A DNA stretch of 64,000 nucleotides, from positions 1,984,001-2,048,000 of the forward strand of contig BCGN01000001.1 in the NCBI GenBank assembly GCA_001599295.1, in the 5' to 3' direction. The translations under genes and the position numbers were made by a program. Below, piece by piece: positions 21,303 to 33,074 of this stretch. The notes below the pieces were generated by a model. That model saw nothing but the letters and a program-made list of their open reading frames with translations. It was not told the DNA's origin and searched no databases. The DNA comes from Sporopachydermia quercuum. Its lineage: Eukaryota. Each line of letters begins with the position of its first letter. Position 1 is the first letter of the stretch.

Positions 21303-24300
21303 ACTTGGTGTCCTATTGGAAATAAATAATGATAGATATTTTGACGGTGGTGATGGAAATAGCAGTGACGTTAAGGAAAGAGGCTTCGTATAATATTCAT
21401 CAAAAGCTGCAGAATTTGATAGTGTTGTGGAATTAGTGGTCGTTGTGGTGACTAATTATTAACTCTTCTGTTCTTACTCTCGGCAGTAAGTGATATCTTG
21501 TATTTGTTACTGATTTTATCTTGATGGAGTTAGGTTGTTTGATTTTATTCTTGTTCTATATTCTAAACATGGTACTTTGTGTAAGGCAAAACTTATCTGT
21601 TTTGACATTAGAAGCAACAATTTGATATTTAGAGGATACACAGATCTCTATATATATGGCAATTGAGTAGCAACTTGTCAAAGCATNCTATTATTTTTTT
21701 ACTTGGTCTACCTATTTCAGTTCCTTCGTTGGATAATAAGCGATGAAATATTTTCGATCATTACCATATCGGGTTCACCGTTGTCTGGCTCGAAACAAAG
21801 CGTAAACTCTAATCGTCTTCGCCTCGTTTATTTTGCACTTCTTAAGTGGAAAAGTATGGGGAAATATTTTCGATTATGTTAACAGAAAAGTTAAAACTAG
21901 TTCAATTAGACCATGAAGTGCACCATATGCCAAATTTAACCTTAATGACATTAAAGTTTAGCAAAGGGTGGAGGTCTTAGGCAAGCTTTTTAGATAAAGT
22001 TTGGTTGTTGTTTTAGTTAGTATCGTATTGGGAAGAGCTGGTGTTCACTTGCAGCATCGAAGAATCTACGAATTGGGAAAATTATATAATCATAATTTCA
22101 ATCTCAGTCGCAATTTCTTTGTTGGATTATAGACTTTTTGGAAAGATTTTATAATGCGATGAGAAGAGAGGTAGTGTGAATATTGCTGTAGAACCAATGT
22201 AGAAGAGGTAGAAGACCGATTTTGAATGTGCTAATTTTTGTTGAATTACCACGTAACAAAAACAATTAGATTTAAACTATAGACAATTACTGCTTTATTT
22301 TCTCTTGTAAATATCTTTTTTGAAACTCGTTATATTATATCAAGTCCAACATCATATTTACGAATGACTTGAATGAGGGGATGAAAAAAGACTAATTGTG
22401 CAATGATCTGAAATAAGGTTTGGTTCCCTTTCGTTACAACCAACAGTACTGCCCTTGAGCTTAACTTTATTTACAGTAGTTTATCTGAAGATGGCCATTT
22501 CTTACTTAGGAAGTAAGTCAATTGAATTGTCGCGGGTTATGATTCTCTTTATACTACTCTTGAAACTTCCAATCGCTAAGAAGGATAATGTTTTCACTCA
22601 ACATTACTCTAAATAGAATGTTTCATTTTAATGAAAGTTTTGAAAGTGTTTTAGAGTTATCTTGGTACTGTCTGTTGATGCATTAATTATTTATTAAAGC
22701 CTCCTCGAAAAGCATAAATTCATTCGGAGCTTGTTATAGATATCGCAATTGCAACCTGCTCAATGACTTTGACACTAGTTGCAAGTCATACTAACAGCAT
22801 GATTATTGGAACTTGTCAAAAAGAAAAGAAAAATAGAAATAAAAAATAAAGAGATTATAGCAATGAACCATTAGAGTCAGGCTGTTCTTTTATTTCTGGC
22901 CCGTGGCAAAAGCTTCTAGAGAACGGCAAAATACTACCAACTGAAAGCGTCTAATACAAGTGGCTAAGATTGTTAATTCTGAAAACTTAAAGTAAAAGAC
23001 ATAGTACATTTGCTTATGTCAATAATATACATTGCAGTAAAATTTATGATATTTTCCCAGCTAATATGAACCCGGTCCAGTTTGTATCAATAACTGTTGC
23101 TTGCCCGGACAAATTACTAAATTCGAGTTCTTGGAATGGGCTTTGATGGAAAATGGAGCCTCAGAGTCAAGCCAAAGAAACGTTTTAAATTTTGAAAAAC
23201 TAATGATAGTGCAGTGGGTTTATCGTACAAATACTTGGAGTACCCTAGTACATTACTATGATGACACCAATTGATTTATAATCGCTGTATTTATTGAACA
23301 CCAATTAGTATGTAGCAATCATTAATATGTATAAGATAACAAACTCTACTACGTACTATAACGATTGTTTGTTACTCCAACAGCCAGAAATCAATTCCTG
23401 GAATGTATTCAATTAAGGATTAAATCGCTTTCTCCTGTAGCGATGTTTTCGCTGTCACTGATCCGATAATTTTACTCCCACATGAAATAAAAATATAACG
23501 TTGCTCATAGATTTGTTTTGAAAACTTATTTTCTATGATTCTGCAGATTACCTCTTAACCTGGTAACTGCCATTATCTCTTGATAAGGCACACTTAATCA
23601 CATTTTAGTTTATCAAAGCTAAGGCAACACCACTCGCTATTATGAAAACTTCTTAAATTTTGAACCAAAAAAGTCATCTTATTGATTGATTTCGTAAAAA
23701 AATTCCTCACAAGCTTCGATGATCTCTGAAAAGTGATTGCTGGACATCATAATAGCTTTATCTAAGAAACATATGACCATTAAAAGCCAAAAGAAAAATT
23801 GATGTAGAACGAAATTGACAATCGGCTTGCACGCAGCTAGATCCAAACCTCCTCCACTTTTGCTTGAAGTGAAAAATTTATTCTGTTGAATCAACTAAAT
23901 CATTAATATATGGACTTTTTTCTGTGGTTACGTGATTCTTCATTTCTGCTGGCTTTCACCGCATTTCAATGCTTCTTTGGAACATTAAACCCTTTCGAGA
24001 TTAAATTGAGTTAAGGTTTACGTTTGACGTTCCATACCTTAACTTGCATGCAACCATTGTTCTTTTGCGCTAACTTCAATTGGCTGCCTTTTTAGGGTAT
24101 TTGGAGAATAATCAGAAAATCAAAAATACCATATTAGTTATTACCATGTTAGGTATTATTGCATAATCAATATTTCAAAGTTTAGCCTCTTTTGAGTATG
24201 TCTTCAGCGATTAAGCGAAGCCAATTACTAGATAAAGTCACAATATGCACTAGTGCCTTCTCCAACTTCTGCAAGATTATAACGTAATCTTAAATCGTCG

Positions 24301-24593
24301 AGTACTGTTGATAGAAAAAATTTTGACGCTACCTTATCAAGAAAGCAACGTAATCAATAAGTATGATAAAATCAAAAANNTCTGAGAAGTCATGATTGGA
24401 AATTTCTACAAAGATTCTCATTAAACAAATCTTACGATGGCGCGCATAATATCAATAAATATCTGAGTGTATGCAGTTTCTCAACATTATATCATTAAAC
24501 TATTATACAATTGAGCCGTAAATTACACTTTTTTCTATATACTCATGACGCCGTTATGTTTATTCATTTCTCAAGATAAAAAGAATAAAAAAC

Positions 24594-26729
24594 TCATGAC
24601 ACATCAAGATATGCTGGTGTTGTGGGTGTGGATGTTAACTGACGTTCGAGAATAGGTGTTTGAGTAGAAACTAATGGACTGCCATGACCATGGTGATAAA
24701 AATACGATGAGGGACTTGGAGCGCCATTTATAGATCCAGGAGTTGAACCATTCCTGTTGTGCTTTTTGGATCCAACTAATCCTCCAGTAGCTAACATTCC
24801 TGGAGAAGAGCCATTGCCATCAAGTATTGAAAGATCTGATATTTTTGTTTCAATTGCATTATTATCTGATGTGTCTGCTGAAATGATTTTATTTTTGCGT
24901 CGTTCCAAAAGTGATGAAGAACCCAAGTCCAGCGAAAATCCACTTGATTGGGCCTTAGGAGATGGGTCTGGTCCATTAGGGCTGCGAAGTTTTGACGCAA
25001 CAACTCTCCTGCGTAGATTTGCTTGATTCAATTCTTTCTCAACTTCCTTTCTGTTTATCTGGTTAGAAACGTTCATTGCTTGTTTCATAACTTTAAGACT
25101 GGGGGAAGGTAAGCCATAAGCGAGTGTACCCTCTCCAACATTAGTCAATGGCACTGGATTCAGTAAAGAATCGTCAAAATACTCACTATCCAAATGTGAG
25201 TCGCCTTCATCATCCTCTCCTTCCGTTTGCCTAAGCTCTCGGTCAGCCATCTGAGGAGGCTCAGAATTATATTCCTTATTATACTCAGTAGGATGCATCG
25301 TTTGATAATCAGTGAATCTATTATCAGTAGTACTATCAGGGGTGAATACTTCATTCTTCATTTCAGAAGTTTCCAGTGCAAAAGTTGGGACAACGGGACT
25401 TGTTGCCATTTTATTTATTTTAGTTGATGTGGTTAATATACTCTTCTGAACTTGACCTTGTCCAGCAGTTTGAACATTATTCTCAGTTTGAGCCGTAACA
25501 TGAGTATTTCTGTTCATGAGATTTGAAACAATTGATTTCTTTTTTATTACTTTGAAGCTCTCACCTTTGCACCAAGGATGTTCCAAAAATTCATCAATAG
25601 TTAAACGATCATTGGGATCAACAGTCAATAACTTTGATACTAAGTCCTTTGCAGAAAAACTGATTTCATCCCACCATGGACTCAAAAATGAATATTGACC
25701 TTTGCTCACTTTGTTTGTAAGTGTTTCCACATCCTCGTCGTAGAAAGGAGGAAACCCACATAAAATTGTATACAAAACACATCCAAGAGACCACATATCA
25801 ACAGATTTTGAATATCTTTCATCACGCACGATTTCTGGAGCAGTGTAACCGACAGTTCCACAAGGAGTTTTGGTATTCTGATCCCACATTACTTTAGAGA
25901 GACCAAAATCAGCTATCTTGATTACACCTACTCCACCTCCTCCAACGCCTTCGGTAAACTCACCTTCGTCTTTTTTGTTCACATCATCACTTTTCCTTTT
26001 ATTCTTGAATATTGTAGATCTCTTGGAAGGAATTATTTCGATAGGATAAAACAAAAGATTTTCTGGCTTTATATCGCGATGCACAACTCCTACTTCATCA
26101 TGCAAATATTTGATTGCTGCAGCAACTTGTAAAATAACGTGACGCGACAAATCTTCAGAAAAGTATGTCAGTTTGACAATCTGGTGAAATAGTTCACCAC
26201 CTTCAACGTATTCCATAAAAATATAAAACTTCTCATCAGTCTGTCTGAAATCAATAAGAGAAACAATATTTTGGTGGTCGATTCTACGCATAATAGCGAC
26301 TTCTTTTAGTGTGCTGGTTAATTGCGATGATGTCAACTTTGTCTTGTCGATTATCTTCACAGCTACTAAACGATCTGTTGGTAGATAGACAGCTTTATGC
26401 ACTAACGAGAAAGCACCCTCCCCAATTTTCTCCAACAACTTGTAATCACGTAGAGAGTTGCTGTCTCTATTGTGTTTTTGAGAATCAACTGACTTACGAA
26501 CAGGGGTTATACTACTGCTGCTACTACTTGTACTGGCGGCGCTTGTGGTTGTACTTGGTGTTTGACTTGGTGTGTTTGATGCTCTCGAAGGAATTTTGAA
26601 TTTCACTTTCGCAGTATTATCAACAGAGTGATTATGGGATTTGTTGGTCAGGTCTGGCTCGCTTTCATGGCTCTGATGGTCTTTGTGCTGTTTGTAGACA
26701 AACTGTTTCAAGTTATCAAAGACCGGCAT
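24594..26729 (-). CDS. RCK2: Hog1-activated CaMK-family kinase Rck2/Srk1
   Basis: IGEGAFS, GGELFHQIVKLTYFSEDLSRHVI, HRDIKPENLLF, family-specific insert KKDEGEFTEGVGGGGVG before IADFGLSK, TPCGTVGYTAPE, and C-terminal FSLDLGSSSLLERRK docking motif. Confidence 0.93.
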   Translation of the reverse strand: MPVFDNLKQFVYKQHKDHQSHESEPDLTNKSHNHSVDNTAKVKFKIPSRASNTPSQTPSTTTSAASTSSSSSSITPVRKSVDSQKHNRDSNSLRDYKLLEKIGEGAFSLVHKAVYLPTDRLVAVKIIDKTKLTSSQLTSTLKEVAIMRRIDHQNIVSLIDFRQTDEKFYIFMEYVEGGELFHQIVKLTYFSEDLSRHVILQVAAAIKYLHDEVGVVHRDIKPENLLFYPIEIIPSKRSTIFKNKRKSDDVNKKDEGEFTEGVGGGGVGVIKIADFGLSKVMWDQNTKTPCGTVGYTAPEIVRDERYSKSVDMWSLGCVLYTILCGFPPFYDEDVETLTNKVSKGQYSFLSPWWDEISFSAKDLVSKLLTVDPNDRLTIDEFLEHPWCKGESFKVIKKKSIVSNLMNRNTHVTAQTENNVQTAGQGQVQKSILTTSTKINKMATSPVVPTFALETSEMKNEVFTPDSTTDNRFTDYQTMHPTEYNKEYNSEPPQMADRELRQTEGEDDEGDSHLDSEYFDDSLLNPVPLTNVGEGTLAYGLPSPSLKVMKQAMNVSNQINRKEVEKELNQANLRRRVVASKLRSPNGPDPSPKAQSSGFSLDLGSSSLLERRKNKIISADTSDNNAIETKISDLSILDGNGSSPGMLATGGLVGSKKHNRNGSTPGSINGAPSPSSYFYHHGHGSPLVSTQTPILERQLTSTPTTPAYLDVS

Positions 26730-29700
26730 TGTGTTAAACTGTTACTGAAATAAATGATTCAACACTTCTTTTGATTCAGAATTATCTTCTTATTTCCTAT
26801 CGATAGCTTTCAGTGAAACTTAGCTTAGTGGTTCCCTTCTGCAAAACTATTTTCTTTATCTGTAGTATTCTCTACTCTACTTCATGCTTTGCTTTTTTGT
26901 CGACACTATATATGATGCTCAACTCTATCGAATTTCTATGGGAAAAAGGTTTTCACTCTTTTTGCCAAAATGATCTGGTTCTTCAATTTATCTATCACCA
27001 AGTTTGTAGTTTGATGACTGTCTTCAGGTTTTTTGCTTCTTCTTCTTGTCAAGGAAAGCAGTGTTTCAACGCAATTCTCTTATGGTTTTCAATCACTTAG
27101 GTCGTTAGATTACAGCTCTGTCAAACAAGTATGTTAGATGGCCTATTGGATTTGTTATAACCGTTGCACTTTAAGAATGTTCCCATGTGATTATTTTCAT
27201 CAACAATTAATCAAGAAAACAACTTTGTAGATGAGAGGAAGAGAAGGAAGAAAAGGAATGTCTCTGTTATATGAAAAGCAACATTAACAGTAATAACAGC
27301 AATACCAAAAGAATAAGAATAATGAGAATGACGGAGTTAGCTCTGTCACAAGGTACAAGATTTGAAGTTGCCAGCCTCGAAAGTTCAAAAAGTGGAGGAT
27401 TTTGTTATATGTACGTAAGAAGAATATCTTTTATATAAGGTTCGAAATTTAAAATCAAGTTTTCTGGAGACCATATTTGTTTCAATGTTTCCAGAGTGGT
27501 ATAATAAATTAAATGCTTCTTTGAAACTAGAATTATAACCTATATATTATGGTACTGTTGATACAAAAGATTTGACAACGGATATGTATGATGAAATGAA
27601 ATGGTTTGAGTGATTTAGGAAGGCTGAAAACAGTGAACATAAAGCTGCTTCCATGCTCAGAATATAATTCCTAAATAGTAAATTCATCGGTACATTCTAT
27701 ACATAATTATGCATTATGATACCATTATGGAAAGTTACAAGGAATATTAAGAAGCGATAGTAAAATGGAGGTAGAGATATATTAAGGAAACAAAAATGAA
27801 GCAAGAGAATTAGAAGTAGTAGAGATATTAGAATTAGGGAAATGAGGGAATATCCATTGATCAATTCACTCAAATTGATCATTATACACTCTTTAAATAT
27901 AGCTGTGTTTTCGAATCGAAGAGGAACAAAAGAAGAACTTGAACTTCCAATGATTGGTTATTGCCTGCTTTGGAAATTTTCTGTTAACAAGAAACTGCAG
28001 TGTCAGACATAAATTTCTTTCTTATTCCATAAGATTGCTTTCGCGAAATAAAATATTGTTAAAGACTGAAAAGTCTATCGATTCCATTGTAGAGAATATC
28101 AAAACAAGGAACAATGTATATCTAATACCTACATACTAAGAACACTAAATTTTTCAATCTTGCTTAAAAGAAATNTTTCGAAAAAGCTCCATATGACTTC
28201 ATTGCCCATCGATTACCTGAAACATCTCCACCCTTNTAGTACCTATGATGATTGTTCAGTAAACTACCATAAAATTGAGTAATGATCACTGTGTTTAGAG
28301 GTGTTTTAACTGTAANTATTATATATCTTTAGTAACTTTCCCACATTTCAAAAGACTCATGGTTTTATATAGTAATTGAGTATTATTCTTATCCAATGCT
28401 GTTTTATATACATTAAAGAACTGAAGATATAGTCTAGCTGTATAATAATAGCTATACTGTTAGAATCCAGAGTGTACATTTCGTATATTAGTTGAAGCTG
28501 ATCATTCCGTTCTTTCTTTATAGTTTTATTATGACATACCTAATATTACACTTAATATCAACAATTAAACATTCTATTTTATTTTGAGAACTTTCTATAG
28601 AAGAATTCCATTTTTCCCGTGTCTTCCAAACCAAGTCTCTCACAATATTATTCTTTCTTACGTATATTCAAATTAACAGGTACCAATTTTCCGTTTAATT
28701 AGGTTGGGTTGGCGTCATAGTACATTAAGAGTACTGATTGTTGCATATTATCAGGATAGCGATAAAACAAAAAATATGTCAACAACAGGCTACTCTGGGT
28801 GAAAGAATAAATGAAAGAGAAATTCAAAATAATTCAAGATAATCAGAAAAGGAGAAGTAGTAGATGTTGCTATTTATATTATGGGAAGATTCTATCGATG
28901 GAAGGTATGTTAGGGTGATAAATGGTGCTCCAAATGAAATTCAAGAGATGCAGCTTGCCTGTTTTAATTGAATTTCAGGCCATATGCTTGTTAGCCTCCT
29001 AATTGTTGAGACCCGTCGACTCCTTTACAAGTAGGTGTTCATAGACTGACCAAATGAGATGTTCTATGATACAAAAAGAGTGTTACGAAAGCATTTGCGA
29101 ATGCTTTTGGCTGATTTGGTTCTTTGAAGGTTGAACCTATTTGATAATCTTATCTATAACGTTTTCAACAGGCCACCCCGAAACAGCAATGTGATTGGAG
29201 TTGAAATGTGGAGTAGCAACGGGTGGCTATGGAAAAAACGGATGGCTTCCATGTTTGGTAAAACTATTATGATACGATTAAAGATTAGTCATATAATACT
29301 GTAATAATAACTAAATAGAAGAAAGAAAAAAAGTTAAAATGTTTATTAAGCTGTTAAGCAATTATTTCCATTGTATTGACGTTTGCAATAGCAATACAGT
29401 GAGCGATTTTAACCAACATATGTTATGAATTTCTTTTNTCCAATGCTTTTGGACTATTTCTTTCTGGTTAAATAAAAAAGAAATTAATAAAATATTATTT
29501 GGNATTTGGATGTTTTGTTAATACAGTATTGCTCTTCAACTGATNAATCAGCATATTATTCGAATAGTTCCATTAAGCAGAGGCTGTAATATTTTGATGT
29601 AACAAATCCTTCAAGTGTAATTACGTTNCAAAAACTATGTATAGCTTCACAGCTGGAAACGAAACCCGGATAAGAGGCAGTGGAATTGGTTCATTTCATA

Positions 29701-29944
29701 TGCAATTTGTTGCTTATCACTTAAGCCTTCCTGTAAAGGCAGAATGTAGATTCTATCTGTCGCACAGCTTCCATTATTTAGTAAATAAAAGAGACTGCGC
29801 TGAAAGATACAACAACTTGTATAATTCAATGATATATCCCATACAATACTACAATTCAAATATTTAGTTTTATAGAGAAAAATATTCCAATAACCCATGT
29901 TTAGCTATATATAAAGACAAAGTCAAAATCAGGCAAATGTATAC

Positions 29945-31576
29945 TTATAACTTAGAAGCAGAAGAAGAAACAGTTGCAACCTTGTCATACAATAAAGTGG
30001 TCAAGAAATCAGAGTAGGTTTCACCAGAAATTTCAGGTCTGAAATATTCAGCAGCTTCTTTGAATTTATTACCAGGTTTAGCAGTCTTCAAGTACTTGGC
30101 AAGTTCATCATCTAATAACTCATTAGCATAAGCCTTGGTGATCTTCTTACCTTCAGCAGTGGTAACTTCATGGTGAACCCATTGCCATAATTGAGATCTT
30201 GACACTTCAGCGGTAGCGGCATCTTCCATAAGATAGTTGATAGGGACACAGCCAGTACCTCTCAACCAAGCTTCCATATAACCTAACCCGATGAAAAGAT
30301 TCTTACGAATACCAGCCTCAGTAATCTTTCCACCTGGAATGTAAGGATTTATCAAATCCCTAGCAGTAACATGTGTTTCTTCATGTCTCTTGAAAATTTG
30401 GTTAGGAGTTGGCATATGCTTGTTGAAAACTTCATTTGCAATTGAAGCCAGTTGAGGGTGAGCAACCCAAGTACCGTCGTGGCCTGCAGTAACTTCACGT
30501 AACTTATCCTTATAGACACCTTCCATAGCGACCTTATTCGCTTGAGCNTCATTCTTGATAGGAATTTGAGCAGCCATACCACCCATAGCATGGACACCTC
30601 TCTTATGACAAGTCTGGATCAAAAGCTTGACATAGGCAGACATAAATGGAACAGTCATAGTGACATCATTACGTTCAGGTAAAACGAATTCCTTATGATT
30701 TCTGAACTTCTTGATGAAAGAGAAAATGTAATCCCATCTACCGCAGTTAAGACCAGATGAATGATCTCTCAATTCATAAATGATTTCGTCCATTTCAAAA
30801 ACAGCCAAAATGGTTTCAATCAAAACAGTACCTCTGATAGTACCACGAGGTAATCCAATGGTATCTTGAGCCAAGTTGAAAATATCATTCCAAAGTCTAG
30901 CTTCTAAATGAGATTCCATCTTTGGCAAATAGAAGTAAGGACCAAAGCCTTGGGCAACAGCTTCCTTAGCATTGTGGAAAAAGTACAAACCAAAGTCAAA
31001 AATACCACCAGAAATTGGGGTTCCATCAACTAAGAAATGCTTTTCATCTAAATGCCATCCACGAGGTCTGACAATAAGAGTAGGAATCTTTCCATCGGTT
31101 CTTAATTTGTAAGTCTTTCCACCAGGGATTGAAAGGGTGATATTTCTCCTAACAGCATCATATAAGTTGACTTGCCCGTCAACTTGATTGTGCCAAGTAG
31201 GAGTAGAAGAATCTTCAAAATCAGACATATATGTGGCGACATCTGCATTCAAAGCGTTGATAACCATCTTTCTGTCAGTTGGCCCAGTAATTTCAACTCT
31301 TCTGTCAACTAAACCAGGAGCTGGAGGGGCAGCTCTCCAGTTAGGATCATCTCTAATATACGCAGTTTCTGGGAGGAACTCAGGGAAAACTCCAGCATCA
31401 AGTTGTTCTTGTCTCTTGATTCTAGCAGCCAATAATTCTTGTCTTCTAGCCTCAAATGATCTGTGCAAATTGGCTAAAAATGCAACAGCTTCCCTAGTGA
31501 AAATATGTTTAGCATTAGCAGGAATTGGAGCCCTGATTTCAACTCCTTCAAGGATTGATTCAATTGATGCACCCAT
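29945..31576 (-). CDS. MLS1: Malate synthase (glyoxylate cycle) with PTS1
   Basis: [71 protein letters not shown]; ends in SKL. Confidence 0.98.
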   Translation of the reverse strand: MGASIESILEGVEIRAPIPANAKHIFTREAVAFLANLHRSFEARRQELLAARIKRQEQLDAGVFPEFLPETAYIRDDPNWRAAPPAPGLVDRRVEITGPTDRKMVINALNADVATYMSDFEDSSTPTWHNQVDGQVNLYDAVRRNITLSIPGGKTYKLRTDGKIPTLIVRPRGWHLDEKHFLVDGTPISGGIFDFGLYFFHNAKEAVAQGFGPYFYLPKMESHLEARLWNDIFNLAQDTIGLPRGTIRGTVLIETILAVFEMDEIIYELRDHSSGLNCGRWDYIFSFIKKFRNHKEFVLPERNDVTMTVPFMSAYVKLLIQTCHKRGVHAMGGMAAQIPIKNXAQANKVAMEGVYKDKLREVTAGHDGTWVAHPQLASIANEVFNKHMPTPNQIFKRHEETHVTARDLINPYIPGGKITEAGIRKNLFIGLGYMEAWLRGTGCVPINYLMEDAATAEVSRSQLWQWVHHEVTTAEGKKITKAYANELLDDELAKYLKTAKPGNKFKEAAEYFRPEISGETYSDFLTTLLYDKVATVSSSASKL

Positions 31577-32053
31577 AATGTATAGCTGTTTCTGAACTAT
31601 TACTGACTCTTGGTTGTATTAAAGTTAAATTACTATTAATTCATAACAATTCTCATTAATCCTATAATAATAAATCTATCATAATGAGCCTTTCATTTCG
31701 TATTTTCTTCATAGCAAGAACTAAATTCTGGGGGAATTCAACTGTATTTATATCTTTTCACAAGGACATTTAAGAAACAACTCAAATTTAGCTGCATTTC
31801 CCCATAATATTTTCACGATGTCCATTTCCCCGTTAATTTCCATTGAGTTGCTCTAATCTATTATGATGAGTTTTTCTCACAACAATAAGAACTAAAGTTC
31901 TACAAAACTATTAAATATTAGTATTTGATACTTAAATCCACTTCTATAATTTTTTTTATTCAATAAAGTATCAGGTTTTACTTCTATTCTACCACTTTTC
32001 AACTGCATCGTGCCTCTATCATCCACCTTCATCTTCTCATCAATGGCATATTT

Positions 32054-32288
32054 CGGAATGATGGAGAGACGAACTTTATTTCCCAGCGTGTAAATTCAAA
32101 TCCGGGGGAGAAGCTGATGTTAGGGTTAATAGAGAACCCGAGTCAAAGACCCTTCCTGTATCGATCAGAGTCACATTGTTTCTTTTTGTTGTGGGAGGTC
32201 CTATTAATATATGAAAGACAACACCGAGTCTCTTCTCGAAACAAAAAGTGTAGACCCTCCGTTTTCCGGAAATGACCGCTCCCCGAGG
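32054..32288. promoter_or_regulatory. MLS1 upstream carbon-source elements: CSRE-like site and CCGAGG motif
   Basis: CGGAATGATGGA at 32054-32065 (resembles the Cat8/Sip4 CSRE); CCGAGG at 32283-32288 (FarA/Ctf1-type motif), 480-710 bp upstream of the MLS1 ATG. Confidence 0.5.
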
Positions 32289-33074
32289 NTCGGAGTTTAG
32301 TTGGATATTTTCTCCACATGCGAAAGTGAGATGAGTGATAAGCGAGCCGAGAGATGAAGTGAACTGTGGGAGGTGAAATATTGAAAAACGAGACCAATTG
32401 AGCCGAATGAATAGTAAAAGACATAGAAAAATGGGACTTCTTACTCTGAAATAACTCCATTGTGCTGTATCTAAAATATTCAAAGGTAAACTATATAAAT
32501 ATAAATTCCAGAAAAAAAGGTTACTTGTCTATCAAACGTATTTCAACTAAACTATGAAAGAGAAGAGAGATGAGCCGAAGGAGTAGAATTGCTGATGAGA
32601 GCAGGGAGTATCTTGTTGTACACTTGAAGGAAAGACAAAATGGTAGTTGTGTAGATAAATGTAAAAGGGAATACGTATGATGTCGCCTTATATTCAGGAC
32701 TAGATAAAACATGAAAGGTTTTGGGTTGAATGTGTTAGAATGCAGGTAGGGACAGATATTATAGANCAGTCAGTAAGCAATTTAGCATCCAAGAGGTGAA
32801 GTTAAATCAAAAAAAGGATAATAAAAGTAGCTAGTTCGCTAGTTGGTAATTCCAGAATGGATCCTAAATAAATATTTATCATTTGAAACATTTGCATTAA
32901 TAATTACGTAAAATAAAAAAGTACCTATATGTAGTTATACAAATCTAATATATATGGTTTAAAATAACATAAATAAAATCATAAAAAAAAAAAGAAATCA
33001 TCGATGCATAAACATGAAATTAGTAAATCGCTGCTGTAACTAACCTCTAGCAGAGACCTTCCCTTTGTTGTTGA

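Noticed and set aside
29581..29600. AGGCTGTAAT resembling the 5' end of fungal SRP RNA
   Set aside because: The following sequence is AT-rich and lacks the SRP helix 8 motif and Pol III box structure.
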